Of a stretch of DNA of 64,000 nucleotides, positions 28,041 through 36,851 are shown one piece after another. The position numbers and the translations under genes are program-made. The notes below the pieces were generated by a model that was not told the DNA's origin, did not search any database, and saw only the letters and a list, made by a program, of their open reading frames with translations. This DNA is from Massilia sp. S19_KUP03_FR1 (GTDB lineage: Bacteria > Pseudomonadota > Gammaproteobacteria > Burkholderiales > Burkholderiaceae_D), in NCBI RefSeq assembly GCF_036688685.1, contig NZ_JAQQPS010000007.1, forward strand, positions 2,013 through 66,012, read 5' to 3'. The stretch's first letter is position 1; every line of letters starts with the position of its first letter.

Positions 28041-28057
28041 AAACACCTCAAACGAGC

Positions 28058-28735
28058 TCAGCCTGCCCGCGAAATCACACGCACCGGCGACAGGCAATGG
28101 TCGCGAAAGCCCATGCGTTTGTACAGGCCGTGCGCCGCCGCGTTGTCGTGCATGACATGCAGGAACGGCGTCTCGCCACGCATCAGCTGCAGGCGCGCCA
28201 GTTTGGCCACCAGCCGCCGCGCCATGCCGCGCCCCGCGTAATCGGGATGCGTGCAGACGCCCGACACCTCGCGCAAGCCATCTGCAGCGAGGCGTTCGCC
28301 GGCCATCGCGATCAGGCGCCCGCCTTCAAAATAGCCGAAGTAGTCGCCCAGTTCGATGGTGCGGATCCCGAAAGGTCCCGGCCTGGTCAGTTCGGCCAGC
28401 GCCAGTGCGGCCTGGGCGTGTTCGGGACCGAGTTTCACGGCGTCCGGCGCCTGGTCGTTGGCGGGAATCGGCGCATCCCACACCATGCGGTACATGCTCG
28501 CTTCGTGGTCGAGGCGCCAGCCGTGCGGCACCGGGCCGCTCCAGCCATCGCAGTAGATTTGCTCGCCCGGTGCGCACAGGTGCGCCAGCGCGATGAAGTC
28601 GGGCGAGGCAGCCTGCTCGAAACCCGCGATGGGCGAAAAACCCGGCGCGTAACGGCGCACTTCGCCGCTCCCGACAGCGTATTCGGCTTGCGGACCCTTG
28701 AGGGAATTCCAGAAAATATTATCGAGCAGGCTCAT
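28058..28735 (-). CDS. GNAT family N-acetyltransferase (FR47-like)
   Basis: C-terminal acetyltransferase core (GVCTHPDYAGRGMARRLV). It lies 6 nt downstream of the kinase-FGE gene. Confidence 0.7.
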   Translation of the reverse strand: MSLLDNIFWNSLKGPQAEYAVGSGEVRRYAPGFSPIAGFEQAASPDFIALAHLCAPGEQIYCDGWSGPVPHGWRLDHEASMYRMVWDAPIPANDQAPDAVKLGPEHAQAALALAELTRPGPFGIRTIELGDYFGYFEGGRLIAMAGERLAADGLREVSGVCTHPDYAGRGMARRLVAKLARLQLMRGETPFLHVMHDNAAAHGLYKRMGFRDHCLSPVRVISRAG

Positions 28736-28741
28736 GGGGCG

Positions 28742-31009
28742 TTATTGTTGGTTAATTGATATTGACGACTCTAGCATGCGCTCCGAATGCATCAACTCGC
28801 GTACGACACGAAATCCGACGATATCGTTCGCCATTGTGGCGGAAAAGCCATTTCGTAATGCAGAGCGCAGATAGCGCGGGTGATACAGCCAGCAGCCGCC
28901 ACGCAAAATATGGCGGCTCTGGTCGCCGCCGTTGCGCCAGGCACTGCCGTCCGTCGGCGCGCCGTCGTAGGTATCGTGCACCACATCCTGGACCCATTCC
29001 CAGACGTTGCCGTGCATGTCGAGCAGGCCCCACGGGTTCGGTGCGAACGCCCCCACCGGCGTGGTGCCGCGCCTGAACACGCCGGTGGCGCCGCCATTGT
29101 ACGAAAAGCTGGCATCGTAATTGGCCTGGCCGGCATGGATCGTGTCACCGGTGGAAAACGCCGTGCGCGTGCCGGCGCGGCAGGCGTATTCCCATTCCGC
29201 CTCGGTGGGCAGGCGGTAGCGCTGGCCGGTCTGCTTGCACAACCAGACCAGGTATAGCTGGACGTCATTCCACGACACGCCAACCACGGGGTGCGTATCG
29301 GTTTGCGTGAAGCCGGGTGCTTCCCAGTCGACGTCGCCGTGGTGGCGCCAGCCGGTGGCGCTGGCAAAGCGGCGCCACTCGCCTACCGTGACGGGCGTGC
29401 GGCCCATGGCCAGCGGCCGCTCGATGCCGACCCAGTGCTGCGGCGTTTCGCGCGCGAGCCAGATGCGCTGCGCGCCGGCCGCCAAGGCGATCGCGCGCTC
29501 GTGCTCGGGCGAACCCATGTGGAAACGCCCGGTCGCGATCAGCACCAGTTCCGGGGCAGCTGCGCCATCGGCGAATGTGTCGCGCAAGATGCCTTGCGGG
29601 TCCGCCACCGGGCTGTCAGGCGACGGCAGCAGCTGCGCCAGCTCGGCCTGGTTGCGCGCGGCCGCCTCGGCGCGCGCGCGCTGTTGTTCGGACAGGTAGG
29701 CGGCGGCCGCTTTGGCCTGGTTGGCCTTGCGCTGGGCTTCGTCCTGCTCGGCTTGCGCCTTGGCCGCATCCAGCGCGCGCCGTTCGCGCAGCTGCTCGCG
29801 CAGGATCACCCGGCGTGCGCGCCTGGCCGTCTCGGCCTCGCGCTGGGCGATCTGCTCCTGCTCCTTGCGCTGGCGTACCACCAGCGCCCGCGCCAGCACG
29901 GCCTGCTCTTCCGCCTTTCTACGGGCCACCTGTTGGGCCGCCTGTTTTTCGGCACGGACCTGGGCCGCCACCTGGCGCGCGACCAGGTCGTCGGCCGATG
30001 GTGGACGCGGACCACGCAGGCGCGCCAGCAATTGCGTCACGCTGGGCTGGCGCAGCTTGGGATCGAAGGCAAAGCCCTCCTGCAGCGCGCCCCACTGGGC
30101 CGGGGTAAGCGAGCCCGGCGACTGGTCCGGCAAATGCGCCAGTTCGGCGCGGCCGGTGAGCATCTGGTAAATCATGACGGCCACCGCATACACGTCCAGC
30201 GTGCGCACCGGCACCATGGCGGCGTTATTTGATTCCGGCGCGCGGTACACCAAGGTACCCGAATCGGCCGGCGCCTCGCGGCTGGCCAACTGCTCCGGCT
30301 CGGCGCCACGCGAGCGCGCCGCGATGCCGAAGTCGAGCAGCTTGACGTCACCGCCCTTCGTGACGAACACATTGGCCGGTTTGATGTCGCGGTGGACCAG
30401 GTGCTGCTTTTCCCACGCATAATCGAGCGCCACGCCGACCGGCTCCAGCAGGTTCAACACGCGTTCGAGCGGCAGCGCGCCGGCATGCGACATCAGGCCG
30501 GCCAGGTCTTCGCCGTCGAGGTATTCCATGATGATGAAATAACTCATCGTCGCCGGATCCTGGGCCCAGTCGTAGACACGCACGATGTGTTCGTGCGCCA
30601 GCGCGCGCGCGCGCGTGGCTTCTTCGACCAGCAAGCGGGCGAAGTGCGGGCTGTGGGTCAGCTGGGGCGGGATGATCTTCAATGCCACCACGGCGCTGTG
30701 ACCGAGTTCGGCGTGGGTGGCCAGGTCAAGGGCCTGCCACACCTGGCCCATGCCGCCCAGCGCCACCATGCGCTCGAGCCGGTAGCGGCGGTTTGCGGGC
30801 CCCACTTCCTGGCCGGTCATCAGGCCGATCTCGGTGCCCGACCCTGGCGCGCTGCCAGGCCCCGACCCCGCCGCGCCGGGCGTCCGGCCCGGCGGTGCGT
30901 ACTCCGCATCGAGAATGGCGTTCTTGCGGCGCTCGAACTCGTCCCTGCTGAGCAGGCCGTCGTCGTGCAGCGCGCGCAGTTCGCGGATCTTGTCGATGGC
31001 GGTGTGCAT
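28742..31009 (-). CDS. Multidomain SHOCT - Ser/Thr kinase - coiled coil - FGE-sulfatase (SUMF1-like) protein
   Basis: N-terminal SHOCT-like (LRALHDDGLLSRDEFERRKNAIL). Kinase motifs HRDIKPANVFV, DFGIA and APE. Long Ala/Glu/Arg-rich coiled coil. C-terminal FGE motifs (VSWNDVQLYLVWL, RLPTEAEWEYACRAG, HGNVWEWVQD). Confidence 0.85.
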   Translation of the reverse strand: MHTAIDKIRELRALHDDGLLSRDEFERRKNAILDAEYAPPGRTPGAAGSGPGSAPGSGTEIGLMTGQEVGPANRRYRLERMVALGGMGQVWQALDLATHAELGHSAVVALKIIPPQLTHSPHFARLLVEEATRARALAHEHIVRVYDWAQDPATMSYFIIMEYLDGEDLAGLMSHAGALPLERVLNLLEPVGVALDYAWEKQHLVHRDIKPANVFVTKGGDVKLLDFGIAARSRGAEPEQLASREAPADSGTLVYRAPESNNAAMVPVRTLDVYAVAVMIYQMLTGRAELAHLPDQSPGSLTPAQWGALQEGFAFDPKLRQPSVTQLLARLRGPRPPSADDLVARQVAAQVRAEKQAAQQVARRKAEEQAVLARALVVRQRKEQEQIAQREAETARRARRVILREQLRERRALDAAKAQAEQDEAQRKANQAKAAAAYLSEQQRARAEAAARNQAELAQLLPSPDSPVADPQGILRDTFADGAAAPELVLIATGRFHMGSPEHERAIALAAGAQRIWLARETPQHWVGIERPLAMGRTPVTVGEWRRFASATGWRHHGDVDWEAPGFTQTDTHPVVGVSWNDVQLYLVWLCKQTGQRYRLPTEAEWEYACRAGTRTAFSTGDTIHAGQANYDASFSYNGGATGVFRRGTTPVGAFAPNPWGLLDMHGNVWEWVQDVVHDTYDGAPTDGSAWRNGGDQSRHILRGGCWLYHPRYLRSALRNGFSATMANDIVGFRVVRELMHSERMLESSISINQQ

Positions 31010-31016
31010 CAAGAGG

Positions 31017-32984
31017 CTAGGTTCCCAACGGCGCGCCACAGACGCCGCAAACCTGTTCGTGCGCCAACCCAGGGTGACCGTGGGCGCAGCGCCGCACCAG
31101 GCCTGCCGCCAGCTGCGCCTGCGACGTCAACGCCGTCTTGTTGACGTCGTTCTGGATGGTCAGCAGGTCGAACTGGTGACGCCGGTCCTTGTCCACTTCC
31201 GCATCGCGGCGGGCGCCTGCTTCCCGCATGGCTTCCTGCGCCATGCGCTGCGCTTCCTGCGGCGTGACGCCGGCCTGCGCTGCCGCCACCTGGGCCAGTG
31301 CGGCCAGTTGGCTGGCATCCATACCGGCGTGGACACGTGTTTTCAGGTAGTCGGCCAGCACAGCGGCATTCGGTGCCGGCGCCATGGCCAGCTTGGTTGC
31401 ATCGTCTACCGCGCTCATGGCCTGCATGCGCGCCAGGTCGTGGCTGTGGACCGCATCCTGGCTGTCGCGCGCCATGGCGTGGCGGCGCTCGTCGCCGTCG
31501 AGCGCGATGTCGCTGGCGATGCGTTGCGAGCGGGCGTCCGCTTCGATCGTGCGCAGCAGCTTTTCGTGCTGGGCCAGGCTGTCGCGCTGACCGCCGCTGC
31601 GGCGCATGTCGCCCAGCTGCTGCGCGGTGGTTTCGTCCTCAACCGATGCCGCGCGTTCGGTCTCGCGCAGGCGCGCCTGGTGGGCGGCCGCGAGCAACGC
31701 GCGCCGGCCCTGGTATGCATCCTCCTCGATGTCATGCTCACGGCGCGCGGCGGCCACTTCCATCTCGCGCAGGCGCGCCAGCTCGGCGCGCTGGTGCGCG
31801 GCGTCGGCAATCCCGCCGGCCTGCTCGATCTTGTTCCTGATTTGCTGCTGCAGCACCTGGTGCGCGAAACGCTGCTGCGCCAGCTGGCGCGACTGCAGTT
31901 CGTCCTGGTGCGCCAGCGCCAGTTCGGCGTGCATATGGACTTCGGCCAGTTTACGCAAGTGCTGCCACTGCGTTTTCTCGTCGCCGCGCGCCAGGCTTTT
32001 CTGTGCCATCTCGTGTTCGAGTTCAGCCAGCACTTCCCCCGCGCCACGCTCGACCGCCTGTTTTTTGGTGGCCGAATCCATGATGCGCGCATACAGTTCG
32101 ATCTCGCGCGCGCGCATGGCCTGGCTGCGCTCTGCGCTTTGCAGCGTCAGTTCGGCCTGCTCGATGGACGCATCGGCGCGCAGTTCCTGGCGGCGCTTGT
32201 CCAGGCGCGCGTCCTGCTCCGCGCGGCGGATGCGCTGCCATTCTTCGTCGTCGTACAGCTGTTCGAGGTTGCGCGCGTGCTCCACCTGCACCTGACGCTC
32301 GTCGGCGGCCAGCCACAGGCTGGCGACCTTGTCGCGGTTGGCGTCGAATTTATCGTGGCGCAGTTCGATCGTGTCGACCTGGGTGACGGCCAGGCCGAAC
32401 TGGGCCAGGCGCAGTTTCAGGGCGGCCTGCAGGCGCTCGTCGAGTTGCGGGCGCAGCGCGCGGTTGGCGGCCATCTCGCGCAGCGAACGGGCGCCCACGA
32501 ATTCGGCCGCCAGCTGGCGCACGGACGGCGCCAGCAATTCGCGCAGCTGGGCGCTGGCCACCGTGCCCGGCGCGGTCATGAAGTGGCGCGCAAAGGCGGC
32601 GACGTTGTCGACCTGCACACTGATCGTCATGCGCGCGTCAACCAGTAAATGTTCGGAGGTGGCCAGCCCGCCAAAGCTGAACGACACCGGCAGCGCGCTG
32701 GTGCGGGTGATCAGGATCTCGGCATGGCCGTCGCGCAGCAGGTGATTGAGGCGCGTAAAAAAACCTTCGATTTCGTACTCGCCCTGAGGCACCTCGGTGG
32801 CCTGGTCGCCCTGCAGGATGTAGGCACGGGTGGTGGCCGGCACGCGCAGGGTTTTGACGAAGATGCCCGACAAGGCCGACACGCCAAAAAACACGGCCAG
32901 GTCGTCCGGGCCGGCGATCCAGCGGTTGTCCACCAGGACCGGGCTACCTCGTGCTGCGCCTGCATTTGCCATCTCGACCATCAT
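31017..32984 (-). CDS. SPFH/band-7 (flotillin/YqiK-like) protein with long coiled coil and C-terminal Cys/His zinc-ribbon-like tail
   Basis: SPFH core (ILITRTSALPVSF...LLVDARMTISVQV...FGLAVTQVDTIEL). About 350 aa of coiled coil. C-terminal CAHGHPGLAHEQVCGVC. Start chosen at the ATG behind the GAGGGAG SD; the ORF is open to 33155. Confidence 0.75.
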   Translation of the reverse strand: MMVEMANAGAARGSPVLVDNRWIAGPDDLAVFFGVSALSGIFVKTLRVPATTRAYILQGDQATEVPQGEYEIEGFFTRLNHLLRDGHAEILITRTSALPVSFSFGGLATSEHLLVDARMTISVQVDNVAAFARHFMTAPGTVASAQLRELLAPSVRQLAAEFVGARSLREMAANRALRPQLDERLQAALKLRLAQFGLAVTQVDTIELRHDKFDANRDKVASLWLAADERQVQVEHARNLEQLYDDEEWQRIRRAEQDARLDKRRQELRADASIEQAELTLQSAERSQAMRAREIELYARIMDSATKKQAVERGAGEVLAELEHEMAQKSLARGDEKTQWQHLRKLAEVHMHAELALAHQDELQSRQLAQQRFAHQVLQQQIRNKIEQAGGIADAAHQRAELARLREMEVAAARREHDIEEDAYQGRRALLAAAHQARLRETERAASVEDETTAQQLGDMRRSGGQRDSLAQHEKLLRTIEADARSQRIASDIALDGDERRHAMARDSQDAVHSHDLARMQAMSAVDDATKLAMAPAPNAAVLADYLKTRVHAGMDASQLAALAQVAAAQAGVTPQEAQRMAQEAMREAGARRDAEVDKDRRHQFDLLTIQNDVNKTALTSQAQLAAGLVRRCAHGHPGLAHEQVCGVCGAPLGT

Positions 32985-33090
32985 TGACTCCCTCATTTCA
33001 AGCTGCGTCACCCTGCCGTTGCGGGCAGTACACGATTCTAGCAGGGGCGCCGCCTCAACACCCCCGGCACACCCGTCATTTTGTTTCTTT

Positions 33091-34071
33091 TCAGAAAATT
33101 CCGATTTGCGCGACACAGGCCAGGCTGGCGCCACGGGCGCGCACCGCATCGGCAAACTCTGGCGGCAGCATGGTCTGCCAGGCTTGCGGCAGCAAAATCC
33201 GGTCGCCCGGCGCGGCTTCGGCCGCGATCAGGGCGCATTTCGGCACTATCCCTTCGACCGTGTCGACCTGGCCCGTGTGCCAGCCATGCGAGGTACCCGA
33301 GGCGATGATGCGGCCGCGCGCCACATAGTCGCGCCCGCGCGCCAGCCGGTCGGCCAGCACCAGCGCCAGTTCGTACGAATTGCCCTGGAAGCGCTGCTGG
33401 CCAAACCTGATGGTGGTGCGCCAGCGCCCGGGGACGCAGCGGTCGAAATCGCGCGCCCCCAGCAGCGCCTGGCGCACTGCCAGCTGGCGCGTGACATCCA
33501 GGCCCGGGACGGTCACGGCGTCGTCGTCAAGGTCGCCCGCCAGCAGCGGATACACGCTGACCTCGACCCAGCACAGGCTGTCGTTGATGCCGCCGCTGTG
33601 CAGCGGGAACCAGGCGCGCGCGCTCGACACCACGTGCGCCGCATCCGGCTGGCCGGTCAGCGCGCCCAGGTGCGCCATGCCGCCTGCGCCGCCGAGCAAG
33701 GCGGGCGGGTCGGCGTCGATGGTGTGGCCGTCGATACGGCCCAGCTGCCACTGGTCGGACCAACCGTTGGCGCACGGCTCGTTAAGGTGCACCAGGCCGC
33801 GCACCATCCGGTCGGCCAGCACGGCGGCGAGTTCCCAGTCACGCGTGCCGGGGTCGATGTCGATGCTCAGCACGACCTGATCGCGGCTGTCGATGCGCGG
33901 CTCGGTGTGGCGTGCCAGGCGCACCACCTGCTGCATGCGCTCGGCCAGCCCCGGCACGCCGCTGCACTTGACGTCGGCACGGCCGGCGCGCGGGCGCCGC
34001 GTCGCCGTGACGGTGGCAAAGCTGCCGTTGGCCAGCAGGCAGCGGCAGGCGGCACGATCGGGACAGTTCAT
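33091..34071 (-). CDS. Lon/S16-like Ser-Lys protease domain protein with internal duplication
   Basis: GNSYELALVLADRLARG (Ser motif) ... IIASGTSHGWHTGQVDTVEGIVPKCALIAAEAAPGDRILLP (Lys motif) resemble the Lon C-terminal domain. An earlier half-repeat DWELAAVLADRMVRGL. ATG overlaps the upstream stop (ATGA). Confidence 0.55.
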   Translation of the reverse strand: MNCPDRAACRCLLANGSFATVTATRRPRAGRADVKCSGVPGLAERMQQVVRLARHTEPRIDSRDQVVLSIDIDPGTRDWELAAVLADRMVRGLVHLNEPCANGWSDQWQLGRIDGHTIDADPPALLGGAGGMAHLGALTGQPDAAHVVSSARAWFPLHSGGINDSLCWVEVSVYPLLAGDLDDDAVTVPGLDVTRQLAVRQALLGARDFDRCVPGRWRTTIRFGQQRFQGNSYELALVLADRLARGRDYVARGRIIASGTSHGWHTGQVDTVEGIVPKCALIAAEAAPGDRILLPQAWQTMLPPEFADAVRARGASLACVAQIGIF

Positions 34072-35057
34072 GCGCTCTCCATGGCGCGGCGCCCGGCCAG
34101 CGCAGCTTCGAGATTGGCGGCGATCCGTTCGGCGTCGTCGAGCAGGTCGGCATTCGCCCTGGACCCGGCGCGGGCCAGCCAAGCCCAGGTTTCGTCCAGT
34201 GCATCCGTGGCGCACAGCGTGTGGCGCGCGCGGCGCTGCTGAGCACCGAGCGGCAAGGGCCGGGCGGGTGCGGCCAGTGCCAGTGCGGGCATCGTCAATA
34301 CGGCCAGGCTGGCATGGTCGAAACGCTGCACCAGCGCCCTCTGGCGGGCAAACCCATCGACATCGAGCAGGCGCAGGCGGCTGGTCACGACGGGTAGTTC
34401 GAGGAACAGGCGGCGCAGCGCGGCAGCGTCCGTGAGGCAAGCTGCCGGCTCCGGCAAGGGCGCAGTCACGAAGGCGCAAACGGGTACATCGGCCAGCGCG
34501 CGTGCTGCCAGCAACGCGGCGTAATCGACCTGCCCGGCCAGGTCGACCGGGATGCACTCGTCGACGGTGACGCCGAAGCGCATGTACAGCAATTCATTGA
34601 GGCCGGCGCGAAACGCGTTCCATTCTTCCAGCAAGGTGCAGGGTGGCAGGTCGAGGTGGCCCTGCGCCAGTTCGCGCTGCAGGGCCGCATCGAGTGCGGC
34701 ACGAAAGGCGTCCAGCGCGACCGACTGCCCGCCTTCGCCGGCCAGGAATAAATCGAAGCGCTGCTGGGCAGCCAGCGGATCGGGACTGTCGACCACCACG
34801 CGCAGTTGCAGGCCAATTTCGGGCGCGGCCAAAAATGGCGTGAGAACCAGCTGGTACGGGCCGGGATGAAAACACCACGCGTGTCCACCGGCCACGAGCG
34901 CCATGCGCGCGCCCTCTGCGAAGCGGCGCGTGCGACCGGCCGCATCGACCGCCACGCCCACGCAGCCGGGCGGCACCACGCCCACCATGCGCGCGGCCAT
35001 GACGGCGCCGCCCAGGGTGACGGGTGCGGGACGGCGCCGCTGGAACAGGTTTTTCAC
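34068..35057 (-). CDS. Hypothetical protein (operon gene C)
   Basis: Ala/Leu-rich 330-aa ORF. Proposed GTG start forms a GTGA overlap with the stop of gene B. Its TGA overlaps the ATG of the Lon-like gene. Confidence 0.45.
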   Translation of the reverse strand: MKNLFQRRRPAPVTLGGAVMAARMVGVVPPGCVGVAVDAAGRTRRFAEGARMALVAGGHAWCFHPGPYQLVLTPFLAAPEIGLQLRVVVDSPDPLAAQQRFDLFLAGEGGQSVALDAFRAALDAALQRELAQGHLDLPPCTLLEEWNAFRAGLNELLYMRFGVTVDECIPVDLAGQVDYAALLAARALADVPVCAFVTAPLPEPAACLTDAAALRRLFLELPVVTSRLRLLDVDGFARQRALVQRFDHASLAVLTMPALALAAPARPLPLGAQQRRARHTLCATDALDETWAWLARAGSRANADLLDDAERIAANLEAALAGRRAMESA

Positions 35058-35592
35058 GGCAGCGCTTCGACGGCGAACCCGGCGCCACAATGCTGAAAGT
35101 GGTCGGCAGGCGCGCGCACGAACGGCCACGCGCTTTCGCATTCGCCATCGGCGTCAAGGCGGCCAGACAGCACCACCCCACCGGCGCCATCGAGCACGCG
35201 CAGCATCGGCTGCGCGGCCAGCAGCTGGCGCGCGAACGGCGCCGCTGCGGCCAGTTGCAGGATTACGCGGCAAGCATCCGGGGCCTTGATGAAGTGCAGT
35301 GTCCAGAAACCGTCGTCGGTGACCAGTTCATCCAGTGCAGCGCCACTGTCGGCGGCGCGCAGCATGCCGCGGCTGGCGCGCCAGGCGCCAGAGCGCTCGC
35401 CGACCAGCTGACGCAAGCGCCGGATCGTCAGGGGGGACGCCGCCAGCGCCGCTTTTTCAGCAGCCGACAGCGGCAGGCTGCCGTCGATGGCTGCGCGCAG
35501 TACGGCATCGGCCAGCACCAGGCGGTCGTTGGCCACGGGCGCGACCAGCAGCGCCGCGCGCAGCTTGCGTTCGAATGGATCGTTCGGTGTCA
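35054..35592 (-). CDS. Hypothetical protein (operon gene B)
   Basis: 179 aa. SD AAAGGAG before the ATG. ATG overlaps the stop of gene A (ATGA). Confidence 0.55.
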
Positions 35593-36783
35593 TGTGGTCT
35601 CCTTTTCGCGCGCCGCCTGCATCAGGCGGGCGATTGCCGCATCGCGGCGTTTTCTCAGGGTCGGCAGCGACACGCCGGCCAGCACGGCCAGCTGCTGCAT
35701 CGTCGGCAACGCGCGCGTCGCCGGGTCGCACCAGGCGTCCGGATACACATCATCCTCCGGGCCGGTCAATTTCAGGTACACCGCCAGCCGCACCGGCAAG
35801 CCATCGTCCATCATCATGCGGGCCGCCCAGCTGTGCCGGTCTTCGGCCAGTTGCGCCATCTGGATAAAGCCGGGGGGCAGTGCAACACTGGCGGCAACGG
35901 CGTCGCTGGCAGGGTCGAGCACCAGTGGCACGGTGTCGACGACGTCCATCGGCAGGTCGATCGGTTCCTGGCGCGCTTCCAGGATACGGTCCGGTGCGGG
36001 CGCCGTCTGTTCGGGCGCGGCCAGCACGCGCCAGTAGTCGTCCAGCCAGTCGGTGGCTTCACCGGCGTCGAGGCGCCAGTCGGCGTCGCGGTTGGCGGAC
36101 AAGGCTTCGTACTCGGCGATTTCGGCCAGCATGACGCCGATCTTGGCCGGATTGTCTTTCAGCGCCTCGAAGCGCTTCGAGCGCGTGTGCAGCGGACCGC
36201 CGCACGACGCGCTCCAGCGCAGGACCCATTCGGGGCGGCACCCGGCAATCGACGTCATCTGGCGCACCTCGATCGGGGCAGCGAGTACTTCGCGCCCGAG
36301 AATCGCACCCACCTGCAGCGCGTGGCTGCGCCAGTCGGCAAACAGGCGGGCAATCTCATGGTAGGCCGTGTCGAGCATGCGGTAGGCGTAGATGCGGTTC
36401 GGGCTGCACGCGCGCCCGCACGCGACCTGGTAGTTGTCCGAGTCGACCTTGTCGCGCAGCGTGGCATACATGTCGTTGACCTTCTTGCGCAGCAGCGCTT
36501 CGCCCGCATCGACCGGCAACGATGCCTGGAACTCGTCCCAGTCGCCGGGCCGCGCCTGCAATTCGTACAACAGCGTCAAAGCCAGGTCGCGCACGCTGTC
36601 GCCGTAGCTGTTGCCGGGACCGTCGAAGCGGCTGCCAACGCGGTACAAGGCCGCTGACATCTGCTCCACATACGCGTCGAGGCACAGCGCGGGGGCGGCA
36701 AAAGCGCCGAGCGAGCACTGGCCGAGCAGTTTGCGCACCTGCTCCCAACCGTGTTCCTGGTACCGGGTTCCCGGCAAACGCAT
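35590..36783 (-). CDS. Hypothetical protein with C-terminal sigma70-region-4-like HTH (operon gene A)
   Basis: SD GAAGGGAG before the ATG at 36783. C-terminal LPTMQQLAVLAGVSLPTLRKRRDAAIARL resembles an ECF-sigma region 4 HTH. The N-terminal 330 aa has no recognisable domain. Confidence 0.55.
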   Translation of the reverse strand: MRLPGTRYQEHGWEQVRKLLGQCSLGAFAAPALCLDAYVEQMSAALYRVGSRFDGPGNSYGDSVRDLALTLLYELQARPGDWDEFQASLPVDAGEALLRKKVNDMYATLRDKVDSDNYQVACGRACSPNRIYAYRMLDTAYHEIARLFADWRSHALQVGAILGREVLAAPIEVRQMTSIAGCRPEWVLRWSASCGGPLHTRSKRFEALKDNPAKIGVMLAEIAEYEALSANRDADWRLDAGEATDWLDDYWRVLAAPEQTAPAPDRILEARQEPIDLPMDVVDTVPLVLDPASDAVAASVALPPGFIQMAQLAEDRHSWAARMMMDDGLPVRLAVYLKLTGPEDDVYPDAWCDPATRALPTMQQLAVLAGVSLPTLRKRRDAAIARLMQAAREKETT

Positions 36784-36851
36784 AGGCTCCCTTCGACGGC
36801 GCCCGCGCACGGGCGAGCTGGTAAATTCATGCTACATCTTGCCATATCCAC

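Noticed and set aside
29291-34242. Plus-strand ORFs (29291..30232, 30834..32648, 32830..34242) opposite the kinase-FGE, SPFH and Lon-like genes
   Set aside because: Mirror ORFs of strongly supported minus-strand genes. No independent signals.
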